DNA of 64,000 nucleotides from an uncultured Chloroflexia bacterium. GTDB taxonomy: Bacteria; Chloroflexota; Anaerolineae; CG2-30-64-16. Made by a program: the position numbers and the translations under genes. The stretch is taken from the NCBI GenBank assembly GCA_963810095.1, contig CAWEMM010000007.1, forward strand, positions 576,001 through 640,000, in the 5' to 3' direction. Shown here piece after piece: positions 8,582 through 19,804 of this stretch. The notes beneath the pieces were generated by a model, which saw only the letters and a program-made list of their open reading frames with translations, searched no databases and was not told the origin of the DNA. Numbering within the stretch: position 1 is the first letter of the stretch; the number at the start of each line of letters is the position of its first letter.

Positions 8582-11413
8582 TTGGCTGCGAGCCTTGAAC
8601 CCCTACGCCTGCTGCGCACCAAGCTCTATCGCCCGCGCCCCACGAGCGGCTTGATCGCTCGCCCGCGCGCCCTGGAGATCCTCAACCGGCGAATGGACCG
8701 CGCGCTCACGCTGGTGTGCGCCCCGGCCGGATTTGGCAAGACGACCCTCATCAGCGATTGGCTCGAACACTGCGCGGACCCGAGCGCCTGGCTGTCCCTC
8801 GACAAGGGAGACGGCGAGCTCGGCGTCTTCCTGAGTTACTTTGTCGCGGCGGCCCGCACCCTGTTCCCCGAGGCTTGCGCGAATACCCATGCACTCCTGC
8901 GCGCACCTGCGCTGCCTCCGTTCGGCCATCTTGCGACCGCGCTCGTCAACGATCTCGACGAAATGGCGGACAACCTCGCGCCCGATGAGCGGTTCATCTT
9001 CGTTCTCGACGACTACCACCTGGTCAGCAATTCGGCCGTGGATGCCCTGTTGACAGAGCTTTTGCGTCACCTCTCCCGCAGCCTCCACCTGGTCATCAGC
9101 ACCCGTCGTGATCCCCCGTTTCCCGTTCACACCCTGCGCGCACAAGGGCAGTTGACGGAGATCCGCATCGCCGAGCTCCGTTTTACAGCGGAAGAGGTGG
9201 GCCTCTTCATGCAGGCCGCGTCAGACACGCCGTTCGACGCGGAGGTGATCGGGTCCCTGGTCGACCTGACTGAGGGTTGGAGTGCCGGGCTGCGCCTGGC
9301 CGCGCTGGCGCTCAACGTGGGCGGCGACGTTGCCGGTTCGTTGACTTCGTCCGGGTTCGATAACCAGTATGCCATGGGCTACCTGCTGAACGAAGTGCTC
9401 TCGCACGTGTCCCTGCCTGCTCAGGAGTTCCTCCTCGCCACTTCCATCCTCGACCGGCTCTGCGAGCCCTTGTGTGATGCCGTGGTCGGCGCGACCGACA
9501 TGCCCCGGACGGGCGACGCGTCCCTCGAAGCGTTTGTTGCAAACAACCTCTTCACCTTCTCACTCGACGAGCAAGGCGTCTGGTATCGCTACCACCACCT
9601 GTTTCAGAAGATGCTGCGCAACCAGCTTATGCGGCGCCGCAAGCCCGACGAGATTGCCGGGCTCCACCGCCGCGCGAGCCACTGGTTAGCGCAAAACGGC
9701 GATATAGACGAGGCCATCGAACACGCCCTGGCCGGCGGCGACGAGATGGCGGCCGTCCGCCTGGTCGAGGCGAACCGGCACAAGGCCATCAACCACGAAA
9801 ACTGGCGCCAACTCGAGCGGTGGCTGAGCCTCATGCCGCGGTCGCTGGTCGAGCGGCGCCTCGAGCTGCTGCTGATGCAGGCCTGGCTGCTTACGACCCA
9901 GTGGCGCATCACAGACCTGCCGCCCCTCTTGCAGCGCATGGAGCAGATGATCGCGTCAGGGGACAGTGCGCTGACCGGCGGCGAGGCCGCATTGGGAGAA
10001 GCCCAAGCACGGGAGTTGAAGGGCGAGGTCGACGCGCTGCGCGCCGTCCTCTTATTCTACGTGTTTGACGCCGAGCGGGCCATCGCCTCTGCCCGGCGGG
10101 CGCTGCAAGCCGTCCCGCTCCGCAACTCGGGCGTGCGCGGCGTCGCATGGTTGTACTTGGCGGGCGGTCTTCATCTCGCCGGGCAGACGGAAGCCGCCTA
10201 CGAAGCAATTCTCGAGGGACTCCAGGAAGACCGGCTGCATCGCAATTCCTTTGCCACCCGGGTGTATATGGCATTCTGCATCGTGCGGTGGTTGGAGGCC
10301 GACGTGCAGGGCATGTTGACCGGCGCAAACCAGATGCTGCTGACCGCCCGCGAGCGCGACCTCCCGGAGGCAGTCGGCTGGGCCCACTACTTCCGGGGCT
10401 GCGCACTCTACCACATGAATGACCTGGACGGGGCCGAGGAAGCATTTGTATCGGCCGAGCGGCTCCGCTATCTCACCAATGGGAACCCCTACTCACAGAG
10501 CGCGTTCGGGTTGGCTCGTGTCCTGGCGGCCCGGGGGAAGATCGACGAGGCGCGGGCCCTGATCGAATCGGTGGCGGGATACGCGCTGGAGATTGGCAAC
10601 CCGCGCATCATTGCGGATGCGGACGCGGCTCGGGCGTGGGCAGCGCAGCAAGCGGGCGCCGACGCGCAGGCCCTGCGCTGGGCGCTCGCCTATGATCTGA
10701 ATGCGCCCCCGGTCCCGCTAACCACGTTCACTTCAGCGCAGGCGCTGCTGGCGCGAGTCCTGGTTTCCGCGTCGACGGCGCCCGCGATCGACAAAGCCGC
10801 GCACGCGCTGTCGCGCCTGCGCGAGCTTGCCGTCCAGACACACAGCAGGCAGTACCTGGTCGAGGTGCTTGCGTTGCAAGCAGTGTTTGACGCCGCGCAG
10901 GGCAACTATGCTTCTGCGCTGGAAGCGCTGCGGCAGGGTGTCAAGCTCGCAGAACCGGGCGGGCTTGTGCGCCTGTTTGTCGAGCTGGGCCCGGCCATGG
11001 CCGGCCTGCTCCAACAGCTCGCGGCGGGTCCCGCGCCAGCGCCTTTTCTCCAGAAGCTCGTGGCCGCCTGCGCGGACGAGGCCCAAGCGCGGCGTGAGGC
11101 GGCGCCATCCACTGCCCCCGCCGAGCAGGCGGGCGGACTGACAGAATCTCTCGCGCAGCGAGAGCCCCTCGCGCAGCGAGAGTCCCTTTCGCCGCGCGAA
11201 CTAGATGTGCTGGTGCTGCTGGCGCAGCGTATGGTGGATAAGGAAATTGCCCGTGAGCTGAGCATTTCGCCGATGACGGTCAAGCGGCACGCGTCCAACA
11301 TTTACCGCAAGTTGGGCGTCTCGAATCGCAGGGATGCCGTCGTCAGGGGCGCCGCACTTGGCCTGGTGCCGCCGCCGGCAGCCCAGCGCCGCCGCCCCCA
11401 GCGGCCCCAGTGA
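8582..11413 (+). CDS. MalT-like ATP-dependent transcriptional regulator (STAND NTPase, TPR-like, LuxR HTH)
   Basis: LRTKLYRP, Walker A APAGFGKTT, Walker B VLDDYH, TEGW, YRYHHLF, C-terminal LSPRELDVL..KEIARELSISPMTVKRHASNIYRKLGV. Confidence 0.93.
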   Translation: MAASLEPLRLLRTKLYRPRPTSGLIARPRALEILNRRMDRALTLVCAPAGFGKTTLISDWLEHCADPSAWLSLDKGDGELGVFLSYFVAAARTLFPEACANTHALLRAPALPPFGHLATALVNDLDEMADNLAPDERFIFVLDDYHLVSNSAVDALLTELLRHLSRSLHLVISTRRDPPFPVHTLRAQGQLTEIRIAELRFTAEEVGLFMQAASDTPFDAEVIGSLVDLTEGWSAGLRLAALALNVGGDVAGSLTSSGFDNQYAMGYLLNEVLSHVSLPAQEFLLATSILDRLCEPLCDAVVGATDMPRTGDASLEAFVANNLFTFSLDEQGVWYRYHHLFQKMLRNQLMRRRKPDEIAGLHRRASHWLAQNGDIDEAIEHALAGGDEMAAVRLVEANRHKAINHENWRQLERWLSLMPRSLVERRLELLLMQAWLLTTQWRITDLPPLLQRMEQMIASGDSALTGGEAALGEAQARELKGEVDALRAVLLFYVFDAERAIASARRALQAVPLRNSGVRGVAWLYLAGGLHLAGQTEAAYEAILEGLQEDRLHRNSFATRVYMAFCIVRWLEADVQGMLTGANQMLLTARERDLPEAVGWAHYFRGCALYHMNDLDGAEEAFVSAERLRYLTNGNPYSQSAFGLARVLAARGKIDEARALIESVAGYALEIGNPRIIADADAARAWAAQQAGADAQALRWALAYDLNAPPVPLTTFTSAQALLARVLVSASTAPAIDKAAHALSRLRELAVQTHSRQYLVEVLALQAVFDAAQGNYASALEALRQGVKLAEPGGLVRLFVELGPAMAGLLQQLAAGPAPAPFLQKLVAACADEAQARREAAPSTAPAEQAGGLTESLAQREPLAQRESLSPRELDVLVLLAQRMVDKEIARELSISPMTVKRHASNIYRKLGVSNRRDAVVRGAALGLVPPPAAQRRRPQRPQ

Positions 11414-11519
11414 CGGCAGCCCGATCAGCGGGCTGCCCGCGTTTTTCCCCGCCGGCGCTCCTTGCGGCATAATTGGTGATCATTCCCACACATCCCCCAA
11501 CGGCATCCGGGAGGCTCTT

Positions 11520-12365
11520 ATGGCGCAGAAGCAAACGAAGCCGAAAGAACTCAAGAACATCGGCTACGAGATGTTCATCGGCGCGTTGTCGATCTTGTCG
11601 ATCCTCAACCTCGTGCTGAGCTACACATTCCAGGCCGACCAGAATCTGCAATACGTGGTCCTCATCATGAACGGCTTCTTCATGCCGATCTTCCTCGGCG
11701 ACTTCTTCTACCGGCTCTTCACGGCAAAGCCGAAGTCAGACTACTTCTTCCGGAAATTCGGCTGGGCCGACCTGCTTTCCAGCCTCCCGTTTCCGCAAAC
11801 CAAGATCTTGCGCGTGTTCCGGCTATGGCGGGTGATCCGCCTGGCGCGCAACTTCGGCATTCGCAATCTCGTGCGCGAGTTCGTGGGCAACCGCGCCGGG
11901 AACGCGTTGTTGACGGTCGTCTTCCTCGTCTTCTGCGTGTTGGAGTTCGGCTCGCTCGCGGTTCTGAGCGTGGAAGGGTCTTCGCCTGATGCAAATATCA
12001 CGAACGCGTCGAGTGCGCTGTGGTGGACCTATGTCACCATCACGACGGTAGGGTATGGCGATCGCTATCCCGTGACCAACATGGGGCGTCTCGTCGGCGT
12101 CTTCGTGATGACCGCCGGCGTGGGTCTGTTCGGCACCCTGAGCGGTTTCCTGGCCAACACGTTCCTTTCACCGCCGAAGAAGAAGAAGAAAGAGGAGCCG
12201 GAAGGCGGGCTCCCCGCCGCAACCGACCCTGCAGCCCGCATCGCTGAGCTCCAGCGCATGTTGGAGGCGCAGGAGGAGGCCCAGGTGCAGGCCATGAGCG
12301 ATCTGAAGGCGAAGCTCGAGGAGATGGCCCAGCTCTTCATCCCCGGCGACGGAAGCCAGGCCTAG
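11520..12365 (+). CDS. Voltage-gated-type potassium channel (ion transporter)
   Basis: Selectivity filter TTVGYGD; S4-like LRVFRLWRVIRLAR; GGAGG RBS before ATG 11520. Confidence 0.9.
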   Translation: MAQKQTKPKELKNIGYEMFIGALSILSILNLVLSYTFQADQNLQYVVLIMNGFFMPIFLGDFFYRLFTAKPKSDYFFRKFGWADLLSSLPFPQTKILRVFRLWRVIRLARNFGIRNLVREFVGNRAGNALLTVVFLVFCVLEFGSLAVLSVEGSSPDANITNASSALWWTYVTITTVGYGDRYPVTNMGRLVGVFVMTAGVGLFGTLSGFLANTFLSPPKKKKKEEPEGGLPAATDPAARIAELQRMLEAQEEAQVQAMSDLKAKLEEMAQLFIPGDGSQA

Positions 12366-12366
12366 G

Positions 12367-12470
12367 TATCTACCCGAGAAATGGCTGGGGCCGGTCTCTG
12401 ACCGTGCCCCACCTGGCCCGGGCGGCAGCCAGGCCGGCGAACGAGACCGGCCAAAGCATTTTCGGATAGA
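12367..12470. repeat. REP-like element, GCTGGGGCCGGTCTCTGACCG family (copy 1)
   Basis: GCTGGGGCCGGTCTCTGACCGTGCCCC...GAGACCGGCC is shared with 19902-19960 and 21097-21151. Confidence 0.65.
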
Positions 12471-12601
12471 TTCTACGTGCAACCACAGTGAATCTGGTGA
12501 GCCACGACGCTCGGCGCCCTTCGACTGCGGGCGCTCCTGCGCACCGTCCTCCGCTCAGGACGCCTGCACTTCGAGTCCTGACCGCGCATCGGTCCCGGCT
12601 G

Positions 12602-14104
12602 CTAGCCCACCAACACCGGCTCCTCCGGATACTTGACCAGGCTCTCGCTCGTCCGTCGCTTCAGCAGCACGATCACGATCGTGATTGCACCCAGCCGGCC
12701 CCAGAACATGAGCGCGATAATGACCAGCCGGCCGAAGGTGTCGAGTTCGCCCGTCACCCCCAGGCTTAAGCCCGTGGTCGAGAACGCGGAGACGGTCTCA
12801 AACAGCGCCTGGCTGAGGCTCAGATTCTGCGTGAGCAGCAGCAGCCACGTGCCAATCATCACGACGGCCAGGCTCATCAGGAGCACCGCCACGGCCCGCC
12901 AGACCATCGCCAGCGCTATCGCGTGATGGCCCGCCCGCACCCGATCGTAGCCGCGGCCCAGGCTCCACAGCGCCAAGACCAGCACCGAGATCGTCCCGGT
13001 GGTGATGCCGCCGCCCATCGACGCGGGTGCGCTGCCGATAAACATCAGGCAGATCAGCAGCAGGCGGCTGGCCTCGTGGATGTTGTTGAAGTCATTCAAG
13101 CCGGAGAACCCCGCCGTGCGTGCGCTGACTGACTGGAACCAAGCGCGCAGCACGCGCTCGCCGAATGCCTGACCCGAGAAGACGCCCGTTGCCCGGTATT
13201 CGCTGATCAGCAGCCCGGCCCACCCGGCCAGGATCAGGATGAGGGCCGACCACAGGGCGAGCCGCGTCTGCAGGCTCAGGGGCTGGCGGTGGCCCTGGCG
13301 CCTGCGCCTCGAGATTCGCCAGCGCTGCAAGAACTCCATGTAGACCGGGATGCCCAGGCCGCCGATGACGACCAGCCATCCCAGCGTCAGGAATGTGACC
13401 GGGTCGGCCGGGACGCCGTTCGGATACCCCGTCGTTCCGGAGAACAGGTCGAACCCGGCATTACAGAACGCGGCCACTGCGTGAAAGAGCCCGTAGAAGG
13501 GCGCTTCGCGTGCCGCCACCTGCCCGCTCAGGCTCCAATAGCCCCATAGGATCGCAGCCCCAAGCCCTTCAACCGCCAGCATCAGCGCCACGGCGCGACC
13601 GAGGACCTGCAAGACCTCCCGGGTGTTCGCAAGGCCGAGCGACGAACTCACCGTCAGGCGGTCGACGAGCGACACGCGTCTGCCCAACAACCGCACGGTC
13701 AGGATCACGACCACGAGGAAGCCAAGCCCACCGAGCTGCATCAGCAGCAAGATCACCCACTGGCCCAGCCGGGTGAACCGGGCGCCCGTTGCTACCACGC
13801 CAAGGCCGGTCACGGCGGCCGCGGAGGCGGCCGTGAACAGCGCATCCATGAATGTGATCGGCTCGGTGGTCATCGGGGGCAGCAATAACAGCGCGGTGCC
13901 GGCGGCGATCAGCCCCGCCAGGGCAATCACCAGGCGGAGCGGAACGGGCATGCGCCGCTTTCTGCGCAGGTCGAGGCTTCGTTCGATCAGGTCGCCGCCA
14001 AAGACGGACGGGATCGCAGGGGAGCCGGTTCGCGCCATCGGGCCGCTCGGCGCCTTCGCAGGGGCCGGACCCAAGCCGGGCTCGGGCTCGGCGCTCGGGC
14101 TCAC
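12602..14104 (-). CDS. ktrB: Ktr/Trk potassium uptake membrane subunit
   Basis: Four pore loops SAAAVTGL, AFCNAGF, SARTAGF, SAFSTTGLS; GSAPASMGGGI; C-terminal YPEEPVLVG. Confidence 0.9.
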   Translation of the reverse strand: MSPSAEPEPGLGPAPAKAPSGPMARTGSPAIPSVFGGDLIERSLDLRRKRRMPVPLRLVIALAGLIAAGTALLLLPPMTTEPITFMDALFTAASAAAVTGLGVVATGARFTRLGQWVILLLMQLGGLGFLVVVILTVRLLGRRVSLVDRLTVSSSLGLANTREVLQVLGRAVALMLAVEGLGAAILWGYWSLSGQVAAREAPFYGLFHAVAAFCNAGFDLFSGTTGYPNGVPADPVTFLTLGWLVVIGGLGIPVYMEFLQRWRISRRRRQGHRQPLSLQTRLALWSALILILAGWAGLLISEYRATGVFSGQAFGERVLRAWFQSVSARTAGFSGLNDFNNIHEASRLLLICLMFIGSAPASMGGGITTGTISVLVLALWSLGRGYDRVRAGHHAIALAMVWRAVAVLLMSLAVVMIGTWLLLLTQNLSLSQALFETVSAFSTTGLSLGVTGELDTFGRLVIIALMFWGRLGAITIVIVLLKRRTSESLVKYPEEPVLVG

Positions 14105-14775
14105 GCCACCATCCGGAGCAACTCGTCACGCGGGCCGACCGCGAACACCGTGTCGTCGGGCTGCAGCCGGGTGTCGGACCCCGGGCATGGAATCAGCGTG
14201 GCGCCGCGTTGGACGAGCAGGATCGTGATGCCGGCGCGCGTGAAGGCGGTGGCAGGCTGCCCGATCAACCCAGGCGGCGCCTTGAACTCCACCACGCTGT
14301 GGTCCGCATCGAGCGCGACCCGTTCGAGCAGCTGCGGTGCGGCCAGCACCTCGGCAAGACGGATGCCGCTGTCCTCGTCTGGCACGATCACCTGGTCTGC
14401 GCCGACGCGCATCAGGATATCCCGGTGCCGCCGCGTCTTCCCGAGGCAAATGATCCGGGGAATGTCCAGCCCCTTGAGATGCGCGGTGATCAGCGCACTC
14501 GCTTCAAAGTCGTTCGCAATTGCGACGATCACTGTGCCGAAGGACCGGATGTCGACCTCATCGAGCGCATCCTCCATCGTCGCATCCAGGGCCGCCGCCG
14601 ACGTCACCTCGTCAGCGAAGTCCTGGACGCGCGCAATGTCGATGTCCACGCCCAGCACGAGGTGGCCCATCGCCTCGAGCCGCCGTGCCAGGCTGCCCCC
14701 GAACGAGCCCAGCCCGATCACCGCGAATTCTTTGGCCGCCGGCCGCCGGTCATTCCCGCGTGCCCTCGCGCTCAT
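14101..14775 (-). CDS. ktrA: Ktr/Trk potassium uptake NAD-binding RCK subunit
   Basis: FAVIGLGSFG Rossmann motif, VGADQVIVP, TrkA-C tail; overlaps the ktrB start. Confidence 0.9.
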   Translation of the reverse strand: MSARARGNDRRPAAKEFAVIGLGSFGGSLARRLEAMGHLVLGVDIDIARVQDFADEVTSAAALDATMEDALDEVDIRSFGTVIVAIANDFEASALITAHLKGLDIPRIICLGKTRRHRDILMRVGADQVIVPDEDSGIRLAEVLAAPQLLERVALDADHSVVEFKAPPGLIGQPATAFTRAGITILLVQRGATLIPCPGSDTRLQPDDTVFAVGPRDELLRMVA

Positions 14776-14886
14776 CTCGACTCCCCCGGTTCACCGCATC
14801 GTGTCGCTGACGCTCGCTTCGGAGTGCGGCCCACCGGCAGCCCTGCTGCCCAACGTCGAACTCCGGCAGGCGCTTGAGCTGCCTGT

Positions 14887-15567
14887 TCAGCCCTCTGCCA
14901 GCATTAAGCCGTCGGCTTTGCCGCGCAGGTTCTCGATCAGGATGTACACGCTGATCATCAGGACCCACAGCGGGAACACCAGCGCAACCCAGCTGAAGTG
15001 CGAGAGGCTCAGCAGCAGGACCAGCGCCAGCGTGTATCCCAGAAGCGCCATCCAGCGCGGCGTGACCTTCAAGCGCATAAACAGCGTGCAGCTCGATATC
15101 ATGAAGACGCCGGCCATTCGCATCGCGTACGTGTTCAACACGATGTAGGTCATGGCCCGGCCCAGCGAGTAACCGCCGCTCTCCAGAAGCTGCTGCGGGC
15201 GGTCGCCGTATGCGATGATGAGCCCACCGGCCAGGGCCGCCGACGAAAACAGCATGGCCAGGAACAAGAGGCCGCTGCCGAGAAACACGGTCGAAAAGAA
15301 TCTGTCTTCCTGCGTGCCCAATCGGTCGCGTACCACGCCCATAAACCATAGAAACGCGATTCCGGCAAACGGCACGAGATTCAACGCCAGCGTCACGCGG
15401 CCCGTGCCACTGACCAACCATTCACCTGCATCTCTCGGGTCGGCGGGGATGGAAAGCCGGATCAGGATCAGGCTGGCCAGCAGCAACAACGAGAACAACA
15501 CGCCTGCGACGGCGGCGGCGCGCGGCGTTGTCAATCGTGCGCGGTCAAAGGCCGGTTCGTGAGTCAT
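14887..15567 (-). CDS. Uncharacterised integral membrane protein (~6 TM)
   Basis: Hydrophobic 226-aa ORF (LTTPRAAAVAG, FLWFMGVVRDRLG, EDRFFSTVFLGSG) with GGAGG RBS. Confidence 0.75.
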   Translation of the reverse strand: MTHEPAFDRARLTTPRAAAVAGVLFSLLLLASLILIRLSIPADPRDAGEWLVSGTGRVTLALNLVPFAGIAFLWFMGVVRDRLGTQEDRFFSTVFLGSGLLFLAMLFSSAALAGGLIIAYGDRPQQLLESGGYSLGRAMTYIVLNTYAMRMAGVFMISSCTLFMRLKVTPRWMALLGYTLALVLLLSLSHFSWVALVFPLWVLMISVYILIENLRGKADGLMLAEG

Positions 15568-15721
15568 CCTGGTCCTCCGGTCATCGGTTACGGGTGAACG
15601 TCACGGGGCGTCTGCCAGGCACCGCGCGAGACCCTGCAGGCCAAACCTGCAGCTCCGCGGTGCCTGGCAATCCCTACTTTTCCGCCCATTCGTGGGCTAC
15701 AGCCGGCGCACCGCCGGGCGA

Positions 15722-17041
15722 TCAGGGCCTCGGTTGGACCTCCATAACGCGCCACGCGATCCAGTCCAAGGGCACCTTGCGGACGTAGGTGCGGACACTG
15801 CCCATGATGTGGCGCGGGTCGCCCAGGAAGTCGAGCGGCACCCGTACCACGAAGCTGTTTGCCGAACGCTTCAGTTCCACCGGCGGCTTGACGAGCCGCT
15901 TGGACTGATCCATTACGACGGACGTGTTTTCGCTCAGCCGCACCTGGATCTTCGGCATCTGCGCGAACGGCCGGTCGGGGCGATAGCCGAAGAGGTAGAT
16001 GGCGGCGCCGACTTCGTTACCCAGGGGCCGCGAGAAGTCCACGGCTACGTACACGTATTCGCCTTCCTGCCATACCGCCCGGCGCTCCACACCTACCCAC
16101 TTCGCGCGTTCGGCATTGGTCAGCTGCGGGGCGATGGCCTCGGGGTTGATCCTCGCCTTCGCAAGGATGTCCGCCGCTTTGCCGAACTCCAGGGCGCGCT
16201 GCGAGAGGTCGCCAAACAGCTCGTTGGCGCGCATGAACGAGCTCAGGTACGCGGCGCTCATCCGCACCTGCGTCGCATGCTTCTGCAGCGCTTCGGCCTT
16301 CTTCTCGACCTGTGCGCGCGTCAGGTGGTTCATCGTCCAGGTCCCCTCGCCCTGGAGCCGCTCGGGTGGGACCAGCCGGCCGCCGAAGTCGATGCCCGGG
16401 TTTGGGAAGGCGGGGTGGTGCACCAGGAAGGGGAACAACTCGGGCTGGGTCTCCAATGCCCCCTCGGCCGCCAGGTCCCACAACGCGACCCGCGCAAACA
16501 GGTAGAGCGACACATGATCGGGGTTATGGTCGCCCGGATGCGACACGAAGAGCTTGGTCGGCTTGAATTCCCGCAGCACCTGCTTGACATCCGCGAGAAT
16601 CTCGTCCGCCCGGTAAGGCGTGCCTGGGCGCAGCGCGTTCGCATAGGGCACAACCGTGGTGCGGGTGAACATGCTCTCGCAGGGCTCACAGTCGCCCCAG
16701 TGCTCGGACCAGATCACGAGCGTCCGAAAGTCGGGGTAGCCGAGGAAGGTCAGGTGGTCCGGTGCCAGGCCGAGGACGCCGGTCGCAGCCACGCCTTCGT
16801 CGTGTCGCACGAGGCCCATCTCCTGCGCACTCTGGCCTTTGACGATGGGGCGGCGGCGGTAGACCATGAAGGCGGTCTCTGCGTTGTCGCCGTAGGTCAG
16901 CCAAACGACCCGGATGGGCAGGCCCATGGCCACGGCCTTCTGGATCACGCCGCCCGTCGCGATGGTTTCGTCGTCGGGATGTGGTGCGAGGATCAGGATC
17001 CGGTCATTCGGATCGAGGTTGAGATCGTGAAAGGCAACCAT
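15722..17041 (-). CDS. PIG-L/LmbE family deacetylase with C-terminal extension
   Basis: ILAPHPDDET, LTYGD, FLGYPD, HPGDHNPDH, KAEALQKHATQ; AGGAG RBS before ATG 17041. Confidence 0.85.
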   Translation of the reverse strand: MVAFHDLNLDPNDRILILAPHPDDETIATGGVIQKAVAMGLPIRVVWLTYGDNAETAFMVYRRRPIVKGQSAQEMGLVRHDEGVAATGVLGLAPDHLTFLGYPDFRTLVIWSEHWGDCEPCESMFTRTTVVPYANALRPGTPYRADEILADVKQVLREFKPTKLFVSHPGDHNPDHVSLYLFARVALWDLAAEGALETQPELFPFLVHHPAFPNPGIDFGGRLVPPERLQGEGTWTMNHLTRAQVEKKAEALQKHATQVRMSAAYLSSFMRANELFGDLSQRALEFGKAADILAKARINPEAIAPQLTNAERAKWVGVERRAVWQEGEYVYVAVDFSRPLGNEVGAAIYLFGYRPDRPFAQMPKIQVRLSENTSVVMDQSKRLVKPPVELKRSANSFVVRVPLDFLGDPRHIMGSVRTYVRKVPLDWIAWRVMEVQPRP

Positions 17042-17300
17042 CGAATCTGTTACTCCTTGACTTCGCCCGGCGATCGGGGCCACTGGCGCGGGCGACAATG
17101 GGTGAGACCGGCCTTCTTTCGACTTCACGACGGGTGTTGGGCCCCATGCCTGGACGCTAGGTATGCTGCTGCGCGCACCGATCTGCCTGGCAATTGGCGG
17201 CTGGATCAACAGCGGCAGAATCGCCGCAGCAGGTATTGACATAACGGGCGGGCCTGCGACCAGGTGGACGCCGTCTGGCGCCACCTGGCCGCCCCCCCCG

Positions 17301-19689
17301 CTACTGGCGCGCCATCGCGATGCGGAAACGCTCTTCCGGATCGATGAAGTGGTCGTGGTCATCCACGCCCACGTCCAACTGCACCCAGTGGATCTTGCCG
17401 TTGAACTTGCTCGTGTGCGTGGTGTACTTGGGCGAGACGGGCGTGCCGGCCTCGTAGCCGATGTCCAGGGTCTCGTCGGCGGAGAAGATCATGGCCTGGG
17501 TGGCCGCCACCCGGCCCTCCGCAACCTTGTTGCCGTCATAGTAGAGCGTCACGGCGCCGCCTTTGCCCAGGCCGCCGCCATCGTAGGCGAACTCCATGCG
17601 CACCTGGTGCTGGCCCGGCGTGATGGGCATGGTGGCCTCGACCGGGAAGTGCTTGATCCCCAGCACGTTGTACTCGAAGCTGAGGCAGCCCTGGTCGAAG
17701 AAGAGGGTCCAGCCACCAAAGCGCCCGCCCTGGGCCACCAGGACGCCATTGGCGGACTTGCTGCCCACCTCGATCTCCGCGGTCGCGGAGAACGACTTGT
17801 TCTTGACGTTCAGCACGCTGAGTTCAGACAGGCGGCCCATGCCTGGGAAGAAGAGTTGCGTGTTGCCGTGGATCAGTGTGGGCCGGCCCGCCAGCTCGGG
17901 CAGCAGGCGCTCCACCTGGCGGTCGTCCAGGGGAATCGCGTTGTACTTGGTCGCCTCGATCAGCCACAGGCGCTGCAGCTTCAGTAGCCGCTGCAGGTTT
18001 TCGTCGCTCGGGTCCTCCTTTAGGAGGTCGTGCGCCTGGCTCCAGTCCTTGCTGCCGTCGTACAGCTCCCAGATGTCCTCGTCGAAGGCCACCATCTTCT
18101 GCCCGTTCATCACCCAGGGCGTGCGGTGTTTGGTCACCGCGCTCCAGCCCCGGTAGTAGATGCCGCGGTTGCCGAACATCTCGAAGTACTGCAGGTCGTG
18201 CCGCTCGGGCGCCTCGGGCTGGTTGAAGCTGTACAGCATGCTGGTGCCTTCCATCGGCGACTGCTGTACGCCGTTGACCGACACTGGCTCGGGCAGGCCA
18301 GCCGCCTCCAGGACCGTCGGTGCTACGTCGATCACGTGGCTGAACTGCGTCCGCAGCCCGCCCTTCTCCTCGATGCCCTTAGGCCAGTGGACGATCGTGC
18401 CGTTGCGGGTGCCACCCCAATGGGAGGCGACCTGCTTGGTCCACTGCAGGGGCGTATCCATCGCGTGCGCCCAGCCCACTGCGTAGTGGTTGTAGGACGC
18501 GGGCGAGCCGAACTCGTCCATCACCGACGCCATGAACTCGGGCGTTTCGAGCGCCGCCATGCCGTTGAAGTTGGCCATCTCGTTGAACGCGCCGTGCAGC
18601 GTGCCCTCGGCCGATGCGCCGTTGTCCCCGATGATCACGTAGATCAACGTGTCGTCCATGATCCCGAGGCCTTCGATCGCAGAGACGACCCGGCCGACGT
18701 GGTAATCGGTGTGCTCCATGAACCCCGCGTAGACTTCCATTTCACGCTCGAGGATGGGCTTCCATTCCGCGGGCATCTCGTCCCACGCCGGAATCTCCGC
18801 GTGGCGGGCGGTCAGCTCACAATCCTGTGGCACGACGCCGAGCGCCTTCTGGCGGGCGAGCGTTTCCTCGCGCAGCTTGTCCCAGCCCTGGCTGAACTGG
18901 CCCTTGTACTTGTCGGCCCACTCCTTGGGGACGTGATGCGGCGCGTGGGTCGCTCCGGGCGCAAAGTAGACGAAGAACGGCTTGTCGGGCATCAACGCCT
19001 TCTGGGTGTGGATCCAGGAGATCGCGTGGTCGGCCAGGTCCTCGGTCAGGTGGTATCCTTCTTCGGGCGTCGCAGGCGGCTCAACCGCCGTGGTGCCCTC
19101 GAACAGCGCGGGGTCCCACTGGTTGTTCTCGCCGCCAATGAAGCCGTAGAAATACTCGAAGCCGCCGCCGCCCGACGGCCAGTGCTCGAACGGACCCATC
19201 GGGTTGTTCTCCCACACGGGCACCTCGTGGCACTTACCGAACATGGCGGTCGAGTAGCCGTTCAGCTTGAGCGTCATCGCGACAGGGGCCTTGGTGTTGG
19301 TGCGGATGGAGTTCTGGCCGGGCGCGGCGGTGGCCGTCTCGGTGATGTTGCCCATGCCCACCGAGTGGTGGTTGCGACCGGTCATCAGGGCCTGGCGGGT
19401 GGGCGCGCAGAGTGCGCAGGTGTGGAAGCGGTTGTAGCGCAGGCCGGCCGCGGCCAGCCTCTCGAAGGTCGGCGTCTGGCACGGGCCGCCGAACGCGCTC
19501 GGATGCACCAAAGCCGACGTCGTCGAGCAAGACGATCAGGACGTTGGGCGCGCCCGCGGGCGGGCGCAGCGGCTCGATGGGCGGATACTTCGTATCCGGG
19601 TCTTTGGCGTCGTAGGTCGTCAGGCCGAATTTGGGCACTTCCGGAATCGGAAGGTGCGCGCGCAGGTGTTGATCAGGTTGGTTTGCCAT
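17301..19689 (-). CDS. Arylsulfatase, Cys-type, long form (frameshift at ~19500)
   Basis: PNVLIVLLDDVGFG (ORF 19234..19743) continues as SAFGGP..LCAPTRQALMTGRNHH (CxPxR formylglycine motif), GKCHE, HAPHH, GDNG; no signal peptide. Confidence 0.92.
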
Positions 19690-19804
19690 ACATTTCCTCC
19701 TGGTGTCATGCCCCGGCGCTCCGCTCTCGCCAATTGTGCGCACCGGGGCCTTCGCAACGCCATCTCAAGCGCTGCCCGTTGGGGTCGGGCAGTCTATCGC
19801 TGTC

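Noticed and set aside
8582-11413. STAND NTPases as antiviral Avs-type defence proteins
   Set aside because: Both end in a LuxR HTH and follow the MalT layout, with no nuclease, TIR or other effector domain
15722-17362. 546-aa version of the PIG-L ORF and other long N-terminal extensions in the ORF track
   Set aside because: The extensions overlap neighbouring genes or promoters, and downstream starts have clear RBSs
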